NCBI GenBank assembly: GCA_902615855.1
Contig: CACMQN010000007.1
Location: forward strand, 3,525-67,524
DNA: 64,000 bases
Source: an uncultured Candidatus Actinomarina sp.
Lineage (GTDB): Bacteria > Actinomycetota > Acidimicrobiia > Actinomarinales > Actinomarinaceae
Direction: 5' to 3'
Position numbers and translations under genes: made by a program. This document shows, piece after piece, positions 47,618 through 57,422 of this stretch (position 1 is the first letter of the stretch; each line of letters begins with the position of its first letter). The notes under the pieces are model-generated. The model worked only from the letters and a program-made list of their open reading frames with translations. It did no database searches and was not told where the DNA came from.

Positions 47618-47753
47618 GTCATATTATGTATTAATTTAAGGTGTTAAACAAGAGTTTTTTTAAAATAATTGGTGCCAGCCAAAACAACTAAATTGTATAT
47701 TAATTATTATATTTATTTTTTTTTATTTCAACTATTTTTATAACTTTTAAAGT

Positions 47754-48677
47754 CTATATTTCAACCGATTTATCACCAGATAGGATTTTTTTAATATTAG
47801 CAACTGTATCCATTCCAGCTTTAAGTTGGGCTTCAAAAGTTGATGCTCCAATATGCGGAGTAGTTGTTAAATTTATATCTAGATATGCATCTGTATTTAT
47901 AGGTGGTTCATTTGAATAAACATCTAAACCTACTCCAAATATTCTTTTAGACTTTAGTAGTTCAATTAAATATTCCTCATCAATTACGTTACCACGTGAA
48001 GTATTTACAACTATAGAATTATCTTTAAGTAAATCCAGTTTCTCTTTTGAAATAAGATTTTCTGTTTCTTTTGTTTTAATTACATGTATTGAAACTACAT
48101 CAGATAATTGAAGTAATTCATCAAGTTCCTTTTTTTCTTCAGTTCCATGCCATTCAGTAACAAAGGGGTCATAAAATATAATCGACATTCCAAAGCTCTT
48201 CATTCTCTCGGCAACTAATTGTCCTACTTTGCCAAATCCAACAATCCCCATTGTTTTTCCACTAAGTTCAATACCTAAAAATTCAGATCTATCCCATTTT
48301 CCATCTTTGACATTCTTATCAGCGAGGCTTATTCTTCGTGATGCGTTAATTACTAATGCGACAGTTAGTTCAACTACTGAGATTAAGTTTGCTGTAGGAG
48401 AATTTGTTACAGCAATATTTTGAGATTTAGCAAACTCTGTATCGATATTGTCTACCCCAACTCCACACCTTGCAATTATTATTAATTTTTTTCCATATTT
48501 TAAGATTTCTTTTGTTAATTTAGTTGAACTACGTATTACTATGATTTCTGAATCTTGAATATGTTTTTTAAGATCTTTATGTTTTGTTAATGAAGTAGAT
48601 ATATCTACACAATCACCAATTTTATATAATTCTTCCACAACTTGTTTGTTTAAAGTATCACAAATTAATATTTTCAT
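47754..48677 (-). CDS. D-isomer-specific 2-hydroxyacid dehydrogenase (short SerA-like, no ACT domain)
   Basis: NAD motif 'GIVGFGKVGQLVA' and 'TPHIGAST'. Confidence 0.8.
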   Translation of the reverse strand: MKILICDTLNKQVVEELYKIGDCVDISTSLTKHKDLKKHIQDSEIIVIRSSTKLTKEILKYGKKLIIIARCGVGVDNIDTEFAKSQNIAVTNSPTANLISVVELTVALVINASRRISLADKNVKDGKWDRSEFLGIELSGKTMGIVGFGKVGQLVAERMKSFGMSIIFYDPFVTEWHGTEEKKELDELLQLSDVVSIHVIKTKETENLISKEKLDLLKDNSIVVNTSRGNVIDEEYLIELLKSKRIFGVGLDVYSNEPPINTDAYLDINLTTTPHIGASTFEAQLKAGMDTVANIKKILSGDKSVEI

Positions 48678-49468
48678 TTTATTTTACTTAATTTAGCTAA
48701 GGCCATTTCATGTAATTGTTTAGATGCTGATGCAAGAACATATACATTTGTTGCATCAAAATCAAGCGTATTACCCTCCCAATCTGTCATAATTCCACCT
48801 GCGCCTTCAACTATCTTGATTAGAGGTAAGTAATCATGTGGTGCGGTTAATTTTTCAGCAACAATATCTATGTACCCACTGGCTAATAGTCCATAGTTAT
48901 AACAATCACTCCCTGTAGTTGTCAATTTCACACTTTCTTCTAATGACTGATAGGCCCTCCATTTTTCCATACCAAATTCGTGACTTGAAGTTGTAGCCAT
49001 TACTGAATTTTCAAGTTTATCTATTTCTCTACACACTGTATTGTTTCCATTTACTAGGGTTTCATTGGAGTCGAATGACATCCATCGTTCATGCAAAGCA
49101 GGACAGTCAATTACTCCACCGATTATTTCTTGATTCTTGACTAAAGCAAGCAATGTACCAAAATCAGATTTTCCTGCAACAAAACTGCGGGTGCCATCAA
49201 TTGGATCAATGTACCATGTATAGTCAGATGAATTATCAACAATTTCAAATTCTTCTCCAATAATATTATGACCAGGAAAGCTTTTTTCAATTTCTCTTCT
49301 AATAACTTGTTCTATTTGTTTATCCGCTAGGGTAACTGGGCTTTCATCACCCTTGATCGTCAATTCTCTTATATCTCTAAAATAGGTAAGTGCAATTTTC
49401 CCAGATAATTCCAAGGTTTCATTACAAAAATTAATTAATGATTTTGAATTTAGTTCAGTTTGTAACAT
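48674..49468 (-). CDS. Inositol monophosphatase-family phosphatase (possibly histidinol-phosphatase HisN type)
   Basis: 'WYIDPIDGT' and 'EE' metal motifs; 264 aa. Confidence 0.8.
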   Translation of the reverse strand: MLQTELNSKSLINFCNETLELSGKIALTYFRDIRELTIKGDESPVTLADKQIEQVIRREIEKSFPGHNIIGEEFEIVDNSSDYTWYIDPIDGTRSFVAGKSDFGTLLALVKNQEIIGGVIDCPALHERWMSFDSNETLVNGNNTVCREIDKLENSVMATTSSHEFGMEKWRAYQSLEESVKLTTTGSDCYNYGLLASGYIDIVAEKLTAPHDYLPLIKIVEGAGGIMTDWEGNTLDFDATNVYVLASASKQLHEMALAKLSKIK

Positions 49469-49476
49469 TACATTGA

Positions 49477-49737
49477 TTATAAAGAGTTAATTTTATTTGT
49501 TAGTTCTACATCTGATGGTTCAACCAAAAAACTTCCATCTTCAAAAACTATAGTTGGTATTCGTGGATTTTGGTTTTGAATTTTTTTTGCTATTTCAAAG
49601 CCTTCTTTATCGAAATCAATATCCACTTCCAAAAATTCTACACCTAACTTATCAAAAACTTTTTTTGATCTTACACAATCTCCACACCATTGTGTGCTGT
49701 ACATTACAATTTTTGATTGATCAGCCATTTGAACCAA
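49477..49737 (-). CDS. Glutaredoxin-like / mycoredoxin-like small redox protein
   Basis: 'YSTQWCGDCVRSKK' CxxC in a Grx fold and 'PTIVFEDGS'. Confidence 0.7.
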   Translation of the reverse strand: MVQMADQSKIVMYSTQWCGDCVRSKKVFDKLGVEFLEVDIDFDKEGFEIAKKIQNQNPRIPTIVFEDGSFLVEPSDVELTNKINSL

Positions 49738-49981
49738 ACGGATCAGTTAAAACTGCAAGTAATTCACTTAACCTTCCAAGATTATTAAATAAAGGTTCAA
49801 GGCTATTAAAATTTTCAACTGCAATTTTAATTTGTGGTAGAACAGAGCTCATGTCTTCAATTACAGTTATAGCTGATTCAATTTGTGATGACAGTTCATT
49901 GATTGTATTTTGAGTTGTAAGTACAAAATAACCAAATAAAAAAAGTATTAGTATTTGTAAAGCTAATACAACTTTTATCAC
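49721..49981 (-). CDS. Small membrane-anchored hypothetical protein
   Basis: One N-terminal TM. It sits between trxA and the Grx-like gene. Confidence 0.4.
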   Translation of the reverse strand: MIKVVLALQILILFLFGYFVLTTQNTINELSSQIESAITVIEDMSSVLPQIKIAVENFNSLEPLFNNLGRLSELLAVLTDPFGSNG

Positions 49982-49983
49982 AG

Positions 49984-50295
49984 TTAACCTAATGATGCAA
50001 TTTTTTCTTTGATGACCTCTTTTGGTTGGACACCGACAAATCTGTCTTTAATCTCTCCATCTTTTAAAATGACGACAGTGGGTACTCCCATTACTTGATT
50101 TTGACCAGCAATTTGAGGATGTTGATCAACATCAAGTTTAACAAATTCAACACCTTCAATTTCATCATCTAACTCTTCTAATATTGGACTCAAGACTTTA
50201 CACGGACCACACCAAGTTGCATGAAAGTCAATAACTACTGTGTTAGAAGAACTAACAATTTCAGCATATTCTTCTGCATTTATATCTTTTACCAT
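49984..50295 (-). CDS. trxA: Thioredoxin
   Basis: 'WCGPCK' and 'GVPTVV'. Confidence 0.95.
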   Translation of the reverse strand: MVKDINAEEYAEIVSSSNTVVIDFHATWCGPCKVLSPILEELDDEIEGVEFVKLDVDQHPQIAGQNQVMGVPTVVILKDGEIKDRFVGVQPKEVIKEKIASLG

Positions 50296-50359
50296 TTTTT
50301 CCTTTAATTTCTATATAAGTTTATAAATTTTAGATTTATAAAAGTAATTTTAGATCAAA

Positions 50360-50794
50360 TTATTTATATTCTTTTAATTCTTTTTTTACCCTTTTATTAT
50401 CTATTTTTTTCCTTTTATCAATATTCTTTTTTCCTTTTGCAAGGGCTAGTTCAACTTTTATATATCCATTCTTTTCAAAAACTTTTGTAGCAATTAAGGT
50501 AAGGCCTTTTGTAGATATTAATCCTATCAATCTTTTTATTTCTTTTTTATGAAGCAGGAGCTTTCTTGGGGTTTTTGAATTATATTCATTTTGTTCAGAA
50601 TATTTATATGGTTCAATATTCATCTCTCTAATAATTACTTCCTCATTTTCAATAATTGCAAAAGCATCTATGATTGAAATTCCACCAATTCTTATACTTT
50701 TTGTTTCAGGGCCAGATAAAACTATGCCAGCCTCAAAAAATTCTAAAAATTCATATGAATTTTTTGCTTTTCGGTTTTCAGCAAAGACTTTCAT
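50360..50794 (-). CDS. smpB: SsrA-binding protein
   Basis: 'AENRKA...Y......EAGIVL.G.E.KS.R' and a basic C-terminal tail. Confidence 0.93.
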   Translation of the reverse strand: MKVFAENRKAKNSYEFLEFFEAGIVLSGPETKSIRIGGISIIDAFAIIENEEVIIREMNIEPYKYSEQNEYNSKTPRKLLLHKKEIKRLIGLISTKGLTLIATKVFEKNGYIKVELALAKGKKNIDKRKKIDNKRVKKELKEYK

Positions 50795-52167
50795 TAATTT
50801 AAGAAACAGTATGGATTCATTCTTCCACGCGATGTGGGGTCGAGGTATGGAAGACTACAGCTCACTGAATTAGGATTTTTTAGTCTTACTTCAAAATGTA
50901 AATGAGGCCCCGTTGTTCTTCCGGTTGTGCCTATAGTTCCAATTAGATCACCTGTTACAACTGTCTGACCAACAGAAGTTCTTATATCATTCATATGAAA
51001 ATATAAAGTAGTCATACCTCCACCATGATCTATAAACACTGTCCTTCCAGCAAGTCCATAATATCTGGCAAGAATCACGACGCCGCCTGCTGCTGCTCTT
51101 ATAGGAGTTCCAGTTCTTCCAGGTATATCAATTGCACCATGAAAACTGGTAACACCTCTTAATCGTCTCCATTTATATCCACTTGAAACGTAACTACCTG
51201 TTACTGGCCATGATAATTTGTCGGGAGCAACTCCACCAAGTGAACTAAGTCTATCAATATCAGCTTGGATAGCATCTTCAAGTTTTTCTAAATTTGCGTG
51301 TTCAGCATCTAATTTTGCAAGTTGATTATTTGCTTGAGTAAGTAAATTTTGTGCTTTTCTTCTTTCAGATAAAACAGCGGCTTTCTTTTTTTCTACTTGC
51401 TTTTTTTCTGATTCAACAAGATTTTTACTGTCCTCAACTTGTCCTGCATACTCTTCAGCGTCTATTGATATTTGATTTCTTTTTTCCTCTTCGATTTGTA
51501 AATTTGATATTATATTTTCTCTTTCTCGTTCACGTTCTGAAAGAAAGTCAGTTTGAGTTTCTGCCAAGTTTTCGAAAGAATTTAATGATTCGACAATTTG
51601 ATAGGCTGTATTCACAATTGTTGATGCATACCCTAAAGCTGCTAAAAAATCAGATAGATCGTTTAAATTAACAAATAATGCTGTTGCAGGACTCATCACA
51701 CCGTTAATATACATATCGACAGCTTTTTCTTGAAGTTCATTTTTAGCTTTATTAAGATTTTTTTGAGTTTCAAATAACTCTTCTTTAACTTTGGTTATTT
51801 CATTTTTGGTAGCTCCTAACAGTATTTGTTCTTCAATAATATTTTCTTGAACGATAGCTAAATCATTTAATGTCTGATCGTATCCATCTAAAGCAATGCT
51901 AAGTGCTTTTTCAGCAGCCTCTAATTTTTTTTGTACTTCTGCAAGTTCTGCATTTACTTTTCTTAATGCTGAGTCATTTTCTAAGATTGCTTTTTCAAGA
52001 TCAGTTTTATCTCCCTCATATAGTTTTATCTGATTAGCTATTGCAATTAATTGTTTTTCTACTTCTTCTAATCGCTCCTCAGCTGTAATAGAGTATGACC
52101 AATCAATAATTGTTGTTTGGACAAGAATTATTGATATTAATGAGTAGATAGAAAATTTTTTAATCAT
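50794..52167 (-). CDS. Coiled-coil + M23 (LytM) peptidoglycan metalloendopeptidase, EnvC-like architecture
   Basis: Signal or TM, about 280 aa of heptad-rich sequence, then 'HGAIDI' (HxxxD) and 'GPHLHFEV' (HxH). It lies directly after ftsX. Confidence 0.85.
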   Translation of the reverse strand: MIKKFSIYSLISIILVQTTIIDWSYSITAEERLEEVEKQLIAIANQIKLYEGDKTDLEKAILENDSALRKVNAELAEVQKKLEAAEKALSIALDGYDQTLNDLAIVQENIIEEQILLGATKNEITKVKEELFETQKNLNKAKNELQEKAVDMYINGVMSPATALFVNLNDLSDFLAALGYASTIVNTAYQIVESLNSFENLAETQTDFLSERERERENIISNLQIEEEKRNQISIDAEEYAGQVEDSKNLVESEKKQVEKKKAAVLSERRKAQNLLTQANNQLAKLDAEHANLEKLEDAIQADIDRLSSLGGVAPDKLSWPVTGSYVSSGYKWRRLRGVTSFHGAIDIPGRTGTPIRAAAGGVVILARYYGLAGRTVFIDHGGGMTTLYFHMNDIRTSVGQTVVTGDLIGTIGTTGRTTGPHLHFEVRLKNPNSVSCSLPYLDPTSRGRMNPYCFLN

Positions 52168-53035
52168 TTAGAACTTTTCTTATTCCAACAAAACTCGCAA
52201 AGAAACCAAATAATAATGTCGATAAAATTAGAAAAAGTGTGAGGTTTATAAGATATGAATCAGATATGGAGATATCAAAAATACTTTGAGCTATTACAGA
52301 ATTTTTTGAATATTGGATTACTGACCATCCAAGACCAATTGCAATACTTGTGCCAATTAAGGATTCGAATACAGCTTCAAATATGAAAGGTAATCGAATG
52401 TATGTTGATGATGCACCAATAGTTTTCATTATTTTAATTTCTTTTCGTCTTGCAAATGCAGTGAGTCTCAATGTATTTATTATTAATATAAATGCAGCAA
52501 ATCCTATGAGAACAGCAAATGTTGTTGCTGAGAATACAAGAGTATTAGTTAAACTTAACAGCCTTTCTATAGCTTCTCCTGATGCCCTAATTTCCCTTAC
52601 AGCAGCATTGCCTTCCATCCTTTCAATGATAAGTTGATAATCAGAGGGATTATTTAAATTTACTCTCAGTGATGTTGGAAGAGTCTCAAAATCAACTTCA
52701 TCTAACAACTCTTGTTGACCACTAAATAACTCCTTGAACTCTTCGGCAGCTTCTGATTTGGAAAAATACTCAACCATCCTAACTTCGGAATAAGACTCTA
52801 AAGTTTCTTGTAATTGCTTATGAGCAGTTGAGGTAACTCTATCATCTAAAAAAATTACTACATGTACACCGTTTTGCCATCTGGACGTATTGTTTTCTAC
52901 AATTGCTCTTGCAGAAAGTGTTGTGAAAACAAGAAAAGAAGAAACTAAGACAGCAAGAATAGTAGCTATTGCTAACAATGGATTTCTTCTCATATTGATG
53001 AATGTATTTTTAAGGACATAGGACAGTTTTCTCAT
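52160..53035 (-). CDS. ftsX: Cell division ABC transporter permease-like protein FtsX
   Basis: TM, a large extracellular loop, then 3 TM. Position is after ftsE. Confidence 0.88.
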   Translation of the reverse strand: MRKLSYVLKNTFINMRRNPLLAIATILAVLVSSFLVFTTLSARAIVENNTSRWQNGVHVVIFLDDRVTSTAHKQLQETLESYSEVRMVEYFSKSEAAEEFKELFSGQQELLDEVDFETLPTSLRVNLNNPSDYQLIIERMEGNAAVREIRASGEAIERLLSLTNTLVFSATTFAVLIGFAAFILIINTLRLTAFARRKEIKIMKTIGASSTYIRLPFIFEAVFESLIGTSIAIGLGWSVIQYSKNSVIAQSIFDISISDSYLINLTLFLILSTLLFGFFASFVGIRKVLND

Positions 53036-53041
53036 TTTTAT

Positions 53042-53719
53042 CTAAATATATCTTCCCTGCGGGACATCACTCATTAATTTACCCTGATGAAGTTGTAAAA
53101 CTCTTTTTTTTCTTCTGTTAACTATTGAAGAATCATGGGTGGCCATTACTATTGTTGTCCCAGCTCTGTTTATTTTTTCTAATAAAGTTACTATTTGAGT
53201 ACTTAATGTAGGATCTAAATTTCCAGTAGGTTCATCACAAAGTAGTAAAAGTGGATTAGAAGCAAGTGCTCTAGCTATGCAGGCACGTGTTTGTTCTCCT
53301 CCTGAAAGTTGACTTGGAAATTTGTACATACTTTCCTCTAATTCAACTAACTCGATTAAAGTTGATGTTTTTTGTTCAATTTCAGATTCTTCATAACCTA
53401 ATACTTCAAGTGCAAAACTGATATTTTCAAAGGTAGTTCTATCTTCTAATAATTGAGGTTCTTGAGTTACAATGCCTAATTTTCTTCTCAAAATAGGTAC
53501 CTTCCATTTTGGTAAAGTAGTCACATCCATACCAACTACATCAATATCTCCTTTCGTAGCAACATATTCTTTATATAGAAGTTTCAACAGCGAGGATTTT
53601 CCACTACCTGAATGACCAATTAGATAAACAAACTCACCTTCTTTAATCTTTGTAGACACATTTGATAGAGCGACACTCCCGCCCTGAAAAACCAACGAAA
53701 CGTTATCTAATTTAATCAT
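53042..53719 (-). CDS. ftsE: Cell division ATP-binding protein FtsE
   Basis: 'GHSGSGKSS', 'LSGGEQTR' and 'LLLCDEPTGNLD'. Confidence 0.93.
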   Translation of the reverse strand: MIKLDNVSLVFQGGSVALSNVSTKIKEGEFVYLIGHSGSGKSSLLKLLYKEYVATKGDIDVVGMDVTTLPKWKVPILRRKLGIVTQEPQLLEDRTTFENISFALEVLGYEESEIEQKTSTLIELVELEESMYKFPSQLSGGEQTRACIARALASNPLLLLCDEPTGNLDPTLSTQIVTLLEKINRAGTTIVMATHDSSIVNRRKKRVLQLHQGKLMSDVPQGRYI

Positions 53720-54816
53720 TTAATCCCTGTCTACGCCATTTTAGATACTCATTTATAAATATGTTAATATCTCCATCTAAAACTGATTGTATATTTCCTA
53801 CTTCAATATTTGTTCTTGAATCTTTGACTTGCTGATAAGGCTGCATTACATACGACCTTATTTGCCTTCCCCATCCAGCTTCTACTTGTTCCCCTCTTAT
53901 TGAATCGAGTTTTTTTAATTTTTCCTGTTTTTCCTGGATGATTAATTTTGATTTTAGAAGACCTAATGCACGAATTTTGTTTTGTAACTGTGACCTTTCT
54001 GCCTGACATGCAACAACGATACCTGTTGGAATATGTGTAGCTCTAACAGCTGAATCTGTAGTATTCACATGTTGTCCTCCTGCTCCAGATGACCTATAAA
54101 CATCTATACGAATATCATCATCATTCAGTTCATAGTCATCAGAATCTTCAATCAATGGAATAACATCTACACCAGCAAAACTTGTATGTCTTCTTTTATT
54201 ACTATCAAATGGGCTGATTCTTACCAATCGATGAACCCCTCTTTCACTTTCTAAATTTGCATATGCTCTAAAGTTGTCGACTCTAATAGAGCCAGACTTT
54301 ATTCCTGCTTCTTCCCCTGATGAAATTTCTTCAATTTCATATTTCATATCATTGTCATCTAGAAATCTTGTGTACATTCTTAATAATATTTCCGCCCAAT
54401 CATGAGCATCTACACCACCAGCACCTGCATTAACTGTAAGTACTGCCGAATGATTATCAAACTCTTCCGAATAGAGTGATTCTTCTTCTAAGTCTAGAAT
54501 TTTTTGCTCTACTTCACTTAGTTGATTTTTTAATTCATCTAATTCAGTTATATTATCCTTACTTAATTCTAAAAGTTCTTCAAGATCTTTAATTTCAATA
54601 TCTATAACCTCTAGCAAATTGACTACTTTCTCAATACTCGATGCATTTTTAACTAAATTTTGAGCATTTGGATTTGATGACCAAAAGTTTTCTTTGGAAA
54701 TAACTTTGTTAATTTCTAAAAGTTGAACTTTCTTATTTTCAAAGTCAAAGATACTCCTTAGCCGAAGTTATTCTATCTTTAAAATCTACAACCTTATTTA
54801 TTAATTCTTTATACAT
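53712..54816 (-). CDS. prfB: Peptide chain release factor 2 (requires a programmed +1 frameshift)
   Basis: Frame 0 is 'MYKELINKVVDFKDRITSAKEYL' and ends at CTT TGA. The +1 frame continues 'DFENKKVQLLEIN...' into the tracked ORF. 'SPF' and 'GGQHVN' are present. The joined length is 367 aa. Confidence 0.93.
54744..54759 (-). promoter_or_regulatory. RF2 autoregulatory frameshift site AAGGAG-TAT-CTT-TGA-C
   Basis: The internal SD-like AGGAG (54754-54758) lies 3 nt before CTT TGA C. This is the canonical arrangement. Confidence 0.9.
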
Positions 54817-57422
54817 TTATCTATCATTCCACATTTTTTATATTTTATGCCAGAACCGCAGTAGCAGGGTTCATTTCTTCCAATTTTATCTTTATTATCA
54901 ACATTTATATTATTTTTCTTTTCTTTGTCTAAATTATTATTTTCTTTTGAAATTTTTTCAAAGTTTAATAAAATTCTAACAACCGATAATTTTACATTAT
55001 GAATTAAATCTTCAAACAAATCATATCCCTCTTTTTGGTACTCAACTAATGGATCTCTCTGGCCCATTGCTCTTAGGCCAATTCCTGATCTTAAATAATC
55101 CATTTCTGAAAGATGGTTTTTCCATGATTGGTCAATAAATGATAGAGATCCCATTCTTGCTAAATTCATAAAATTACTTTTATCCGAATCGAAATTATTG
55201 GTATACAAAGATTCAAGACTTGATATTATGTCTAATTTATCATTTATCTCGATATCTTTAAGAATTTGTTTCTTAATCGTATCAGACAAAATTAAACTTA
55301 ATTCATCATCGACGAAATTTTGAAAATCTTCAAGTGTTTCATATTGTGTCTTATAACTATCAATGTTGTTTTGTAAATCGTTAAATATATCGTCGCGCCA
55401 ATCAATTATTAGATTTTCTATATTGTCGGACTTTAGTAATTCTCTTCTCCATTTGTAAATAACATCTCTTTGTTGATTAAGTACCTGATCAAACTTGAGT
55501 ACATTTTTCCTGATTTCAAAGTTTAATGATTCTACCTGTGCTTGTGCTCTTTCAATACTTTTTGTAACCATGCTTTGTTCAATTTTTTCATCATCTGGAA
55601 GATTGAGCTTATCCATAATCGACTGAATTCTTTCACCTTGAAATCTTCTCATTAGGTCATCTTCAAGACTTATATAAAATCTTGATTCTCCAGGATCACC
55701 TTGCCTTCCAGATCTTCCTCTTAGCTGATTATCTATTCTTCTAGATTCGTGCCTTTCTGTTCCAATTACATAAAGACCTCCTAGTTCAACAACTTTTTCT
55801 TTTTCATCACTAGTTACTGAGTCGAATTTTCTGATTAGATTTTCCATGAATTTTGGATCTTGAGATTTATTGTCTTTCTCTGCCTGAGTTTTGGCCATAA
55901 TCTCACTATTACCTCCAAGTTTTATATCTACACCTCTACCTGCCATATTTGTTGCAACAGTGACAGATTTTAATCTTCCAGCTTGAGCAATTATTGTTGC
56001 CTCTTCTAAGTGATTTTTTGCATTTAATACTGAATGTTTGATGCTATTTTTTGTTAGTTCTTTTGATATTTCCTCTGATGAATCTACGGAAACAGTACCA
56101 AGCAAAACTGGCTGACCAATTTCATGTCGATGTTTTATATCATCAACTACAGCCTTTAGCTTTGCCTGTTTTGTTTTGTAAACAGTATCCTGATTGTCAT
56201 TTCTTGCAATAGGCAAATTGGTTGGTATCTCAACTACTTCAAGATTGTAGATTTGGATAAGTTCTTCTTCTTCCGTTTTTGCAGTACCGGTCATTCCAGC
56301 AAGGTGCTCATACATTCTAAAATAATTTTGATAAGTTATAGAGGCTAATGTTTGGTTTTCATCTTGAATACTTACGTTTTCTTTTGCTTCAATTGCTTGG
56401 TGTAGCCCATCAGAATAACGTCTTCCCTCAAGAACACGACCAGTAAATTCATCTACTATTTTTACTTGACCATCTGAAACAATATAGTCGACATCTTTTT
56501 TATATATTTCTTTTCCACGTAAAGAAGCAGTTAAATAATGAATGAAGTTTGTTGATGTATTTTCATAAAGATTTTCAATTCCTAATTTCTCTTCTATGAA
56601 TTCAATTCCCTCTTCAGTTGGATGAATTTGTTTCTTTGATTCATCAACTTCATAATGGAAATCTTTTTTCATTTGTTTTACAAACTTTGAAAATCGCAAA
56701 TACCATTTTGTAGACTCCTCAACCCTTCCAGAAATAATTAGAGGGGTTCTAGCCTCGTCTACCAAAATTGAGTCAACTTCGTCAATTACTGCATAAAAAA
56801 GGTTTCCTTGAGTTAGTTGATCTGATGATTGTGCCATGTTGTCTCTCAAATAATCAAAACCAAATTCATTATTAGTTCCATAAACAATATCTTTTTTATA
56901 TTCTGAAACTTTTTCTTGATAGTCTTGATTTGAAAAAATTAGACCAACTTCCAGACCTAAAAAGTTATAAATTGGACTCATCCATTCAGCATCTCTTCTA
57001 GATAGATAATCATTTACAGTTACAACGTGAACTCCTTGTTCAAAAAGTGACATAAAGGAGATTGGAAGTGTAGAAACTAATGTTTTACCCTCTCCAGTTT
57101 TCATCTCTGCTATTTTATTTCTTAATAAAACCATCCCACCAAATAACTGCACATCATAATGACGTTGTCCAATTGTTCTTTTAGAGGCCTCTCTAACAAG
57201 AGAAAATGCTTCAACCTCATAATCAAACTTATTTTCAGCAGTAATCTTTGTTTTTAAACCTTGAAATTTATTTTTTATTTCTTCATTAGAATATTTTTCG
57301 ACTTCTGATTCTAAATTATTGATTAGCTCAACTTTTTTATCAAGCTCTTGAGCAAGCTTTCCACTTCCAACCGATAAGACTCTTTTAAAAATACTCAAAT
57401 TTAGCTTGTGCCATGCTCCCAC
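54801..57422 (-). CDS. secA: Preprotein translocase ATPase SecA
   Basis: 'MKTGEGKT', 'DEVDSILVDEARTPLIISG' and the C-terminal zinc motif 'CYCGSGIKYKKC'. The exact start is uncertain. Confidence 0.97.
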   Translation of the reverse strand: MGAWHKLNLSIFKRVLSVGSGKLAQELDKKVELINNLESEVEKYSNEEIKNKFQGLKTKITAENKFDYEVEAFSLVREASKRTIGQRHYDVQLFGGMVLLRNKIAEMKTGEGKTLVSTLPISFMSLFEQGVHVVTVNDYLSRRDAEWMSPIYNFLGLEVGLIFSNQDYQEKVSEYKKDIVYGTNNEFGFDYLRDNMAQSSDQLTQGNLFYAVIDEVDSILVDEARTPLIISGRVEESTKWYLRFSKFVKQMKKDFHYEVDESKKQIHPTEEGIEFIEEKLGIENLYENTSTNFIHYLTASLRGKEIYKKDVDYIVSDGQVKIVDEFTGRVLEGRRYSDGLHQAIEAKENVSIQDENQTLASITYQNYFRMYEHLAGMTGTAKTEEEELIQIYNLEVVEIPTNLPIARNDNQDTVYKTKQAKLKAVVDDIKHRHEIGQPVLLGTVSVDSSEEISKELTKNSIKHSVLNAKNHLEEATIIAQAGRLKSVTVATNMAGRGVDIKLGGNSEIMAKTQAEKDNKSQDPKFMENLIRKFDSVTSDEKEKVVELGGLYVIGTERHESRRIDNQLRGRSGRQGDPGESRFYISLEDDLMRRFQGERIQSIMDKLNLPDDEKIEQSMVTKSIERAQAQVESLNFEIRKNVLKFDQVLNQQRDVIYKWRRELLKSDNIENLIIDWRDDIFNDLQNNIDSYKTQYETLEDFQNFVDDELSLILSDTIKKQILKDIEINDKLDIISSLESLYTNNFDSDKSNFMNLARMGSLSFIDQSWKNHLSEMDYLRSGIGLRAMGQRDPLVEYQKEGYDLFEDLIHNVKLSVVRILLNFEKISKENNNLDKEKKNNINVDNKDKIGRNEPCYCGSGIKYKKCGMIDKCIKN

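Noticed and set aside
44068-47700. Integrated mobile element at the tmRNA or tRNA-Gln genes
   Set aside because: No integrase, excisionase, transposase or duplicated copy of the tmRNA/tRNA 3' end was seen. The gene 3' of ssrA starts 2 nt after its CCA.
47618-47753. Possible small RNA in the 136-nt AT-rich gap
   Set aside because: No convincing stem-loops or conserved motifs are visible. It most likely holds just a terminator and promoter region.
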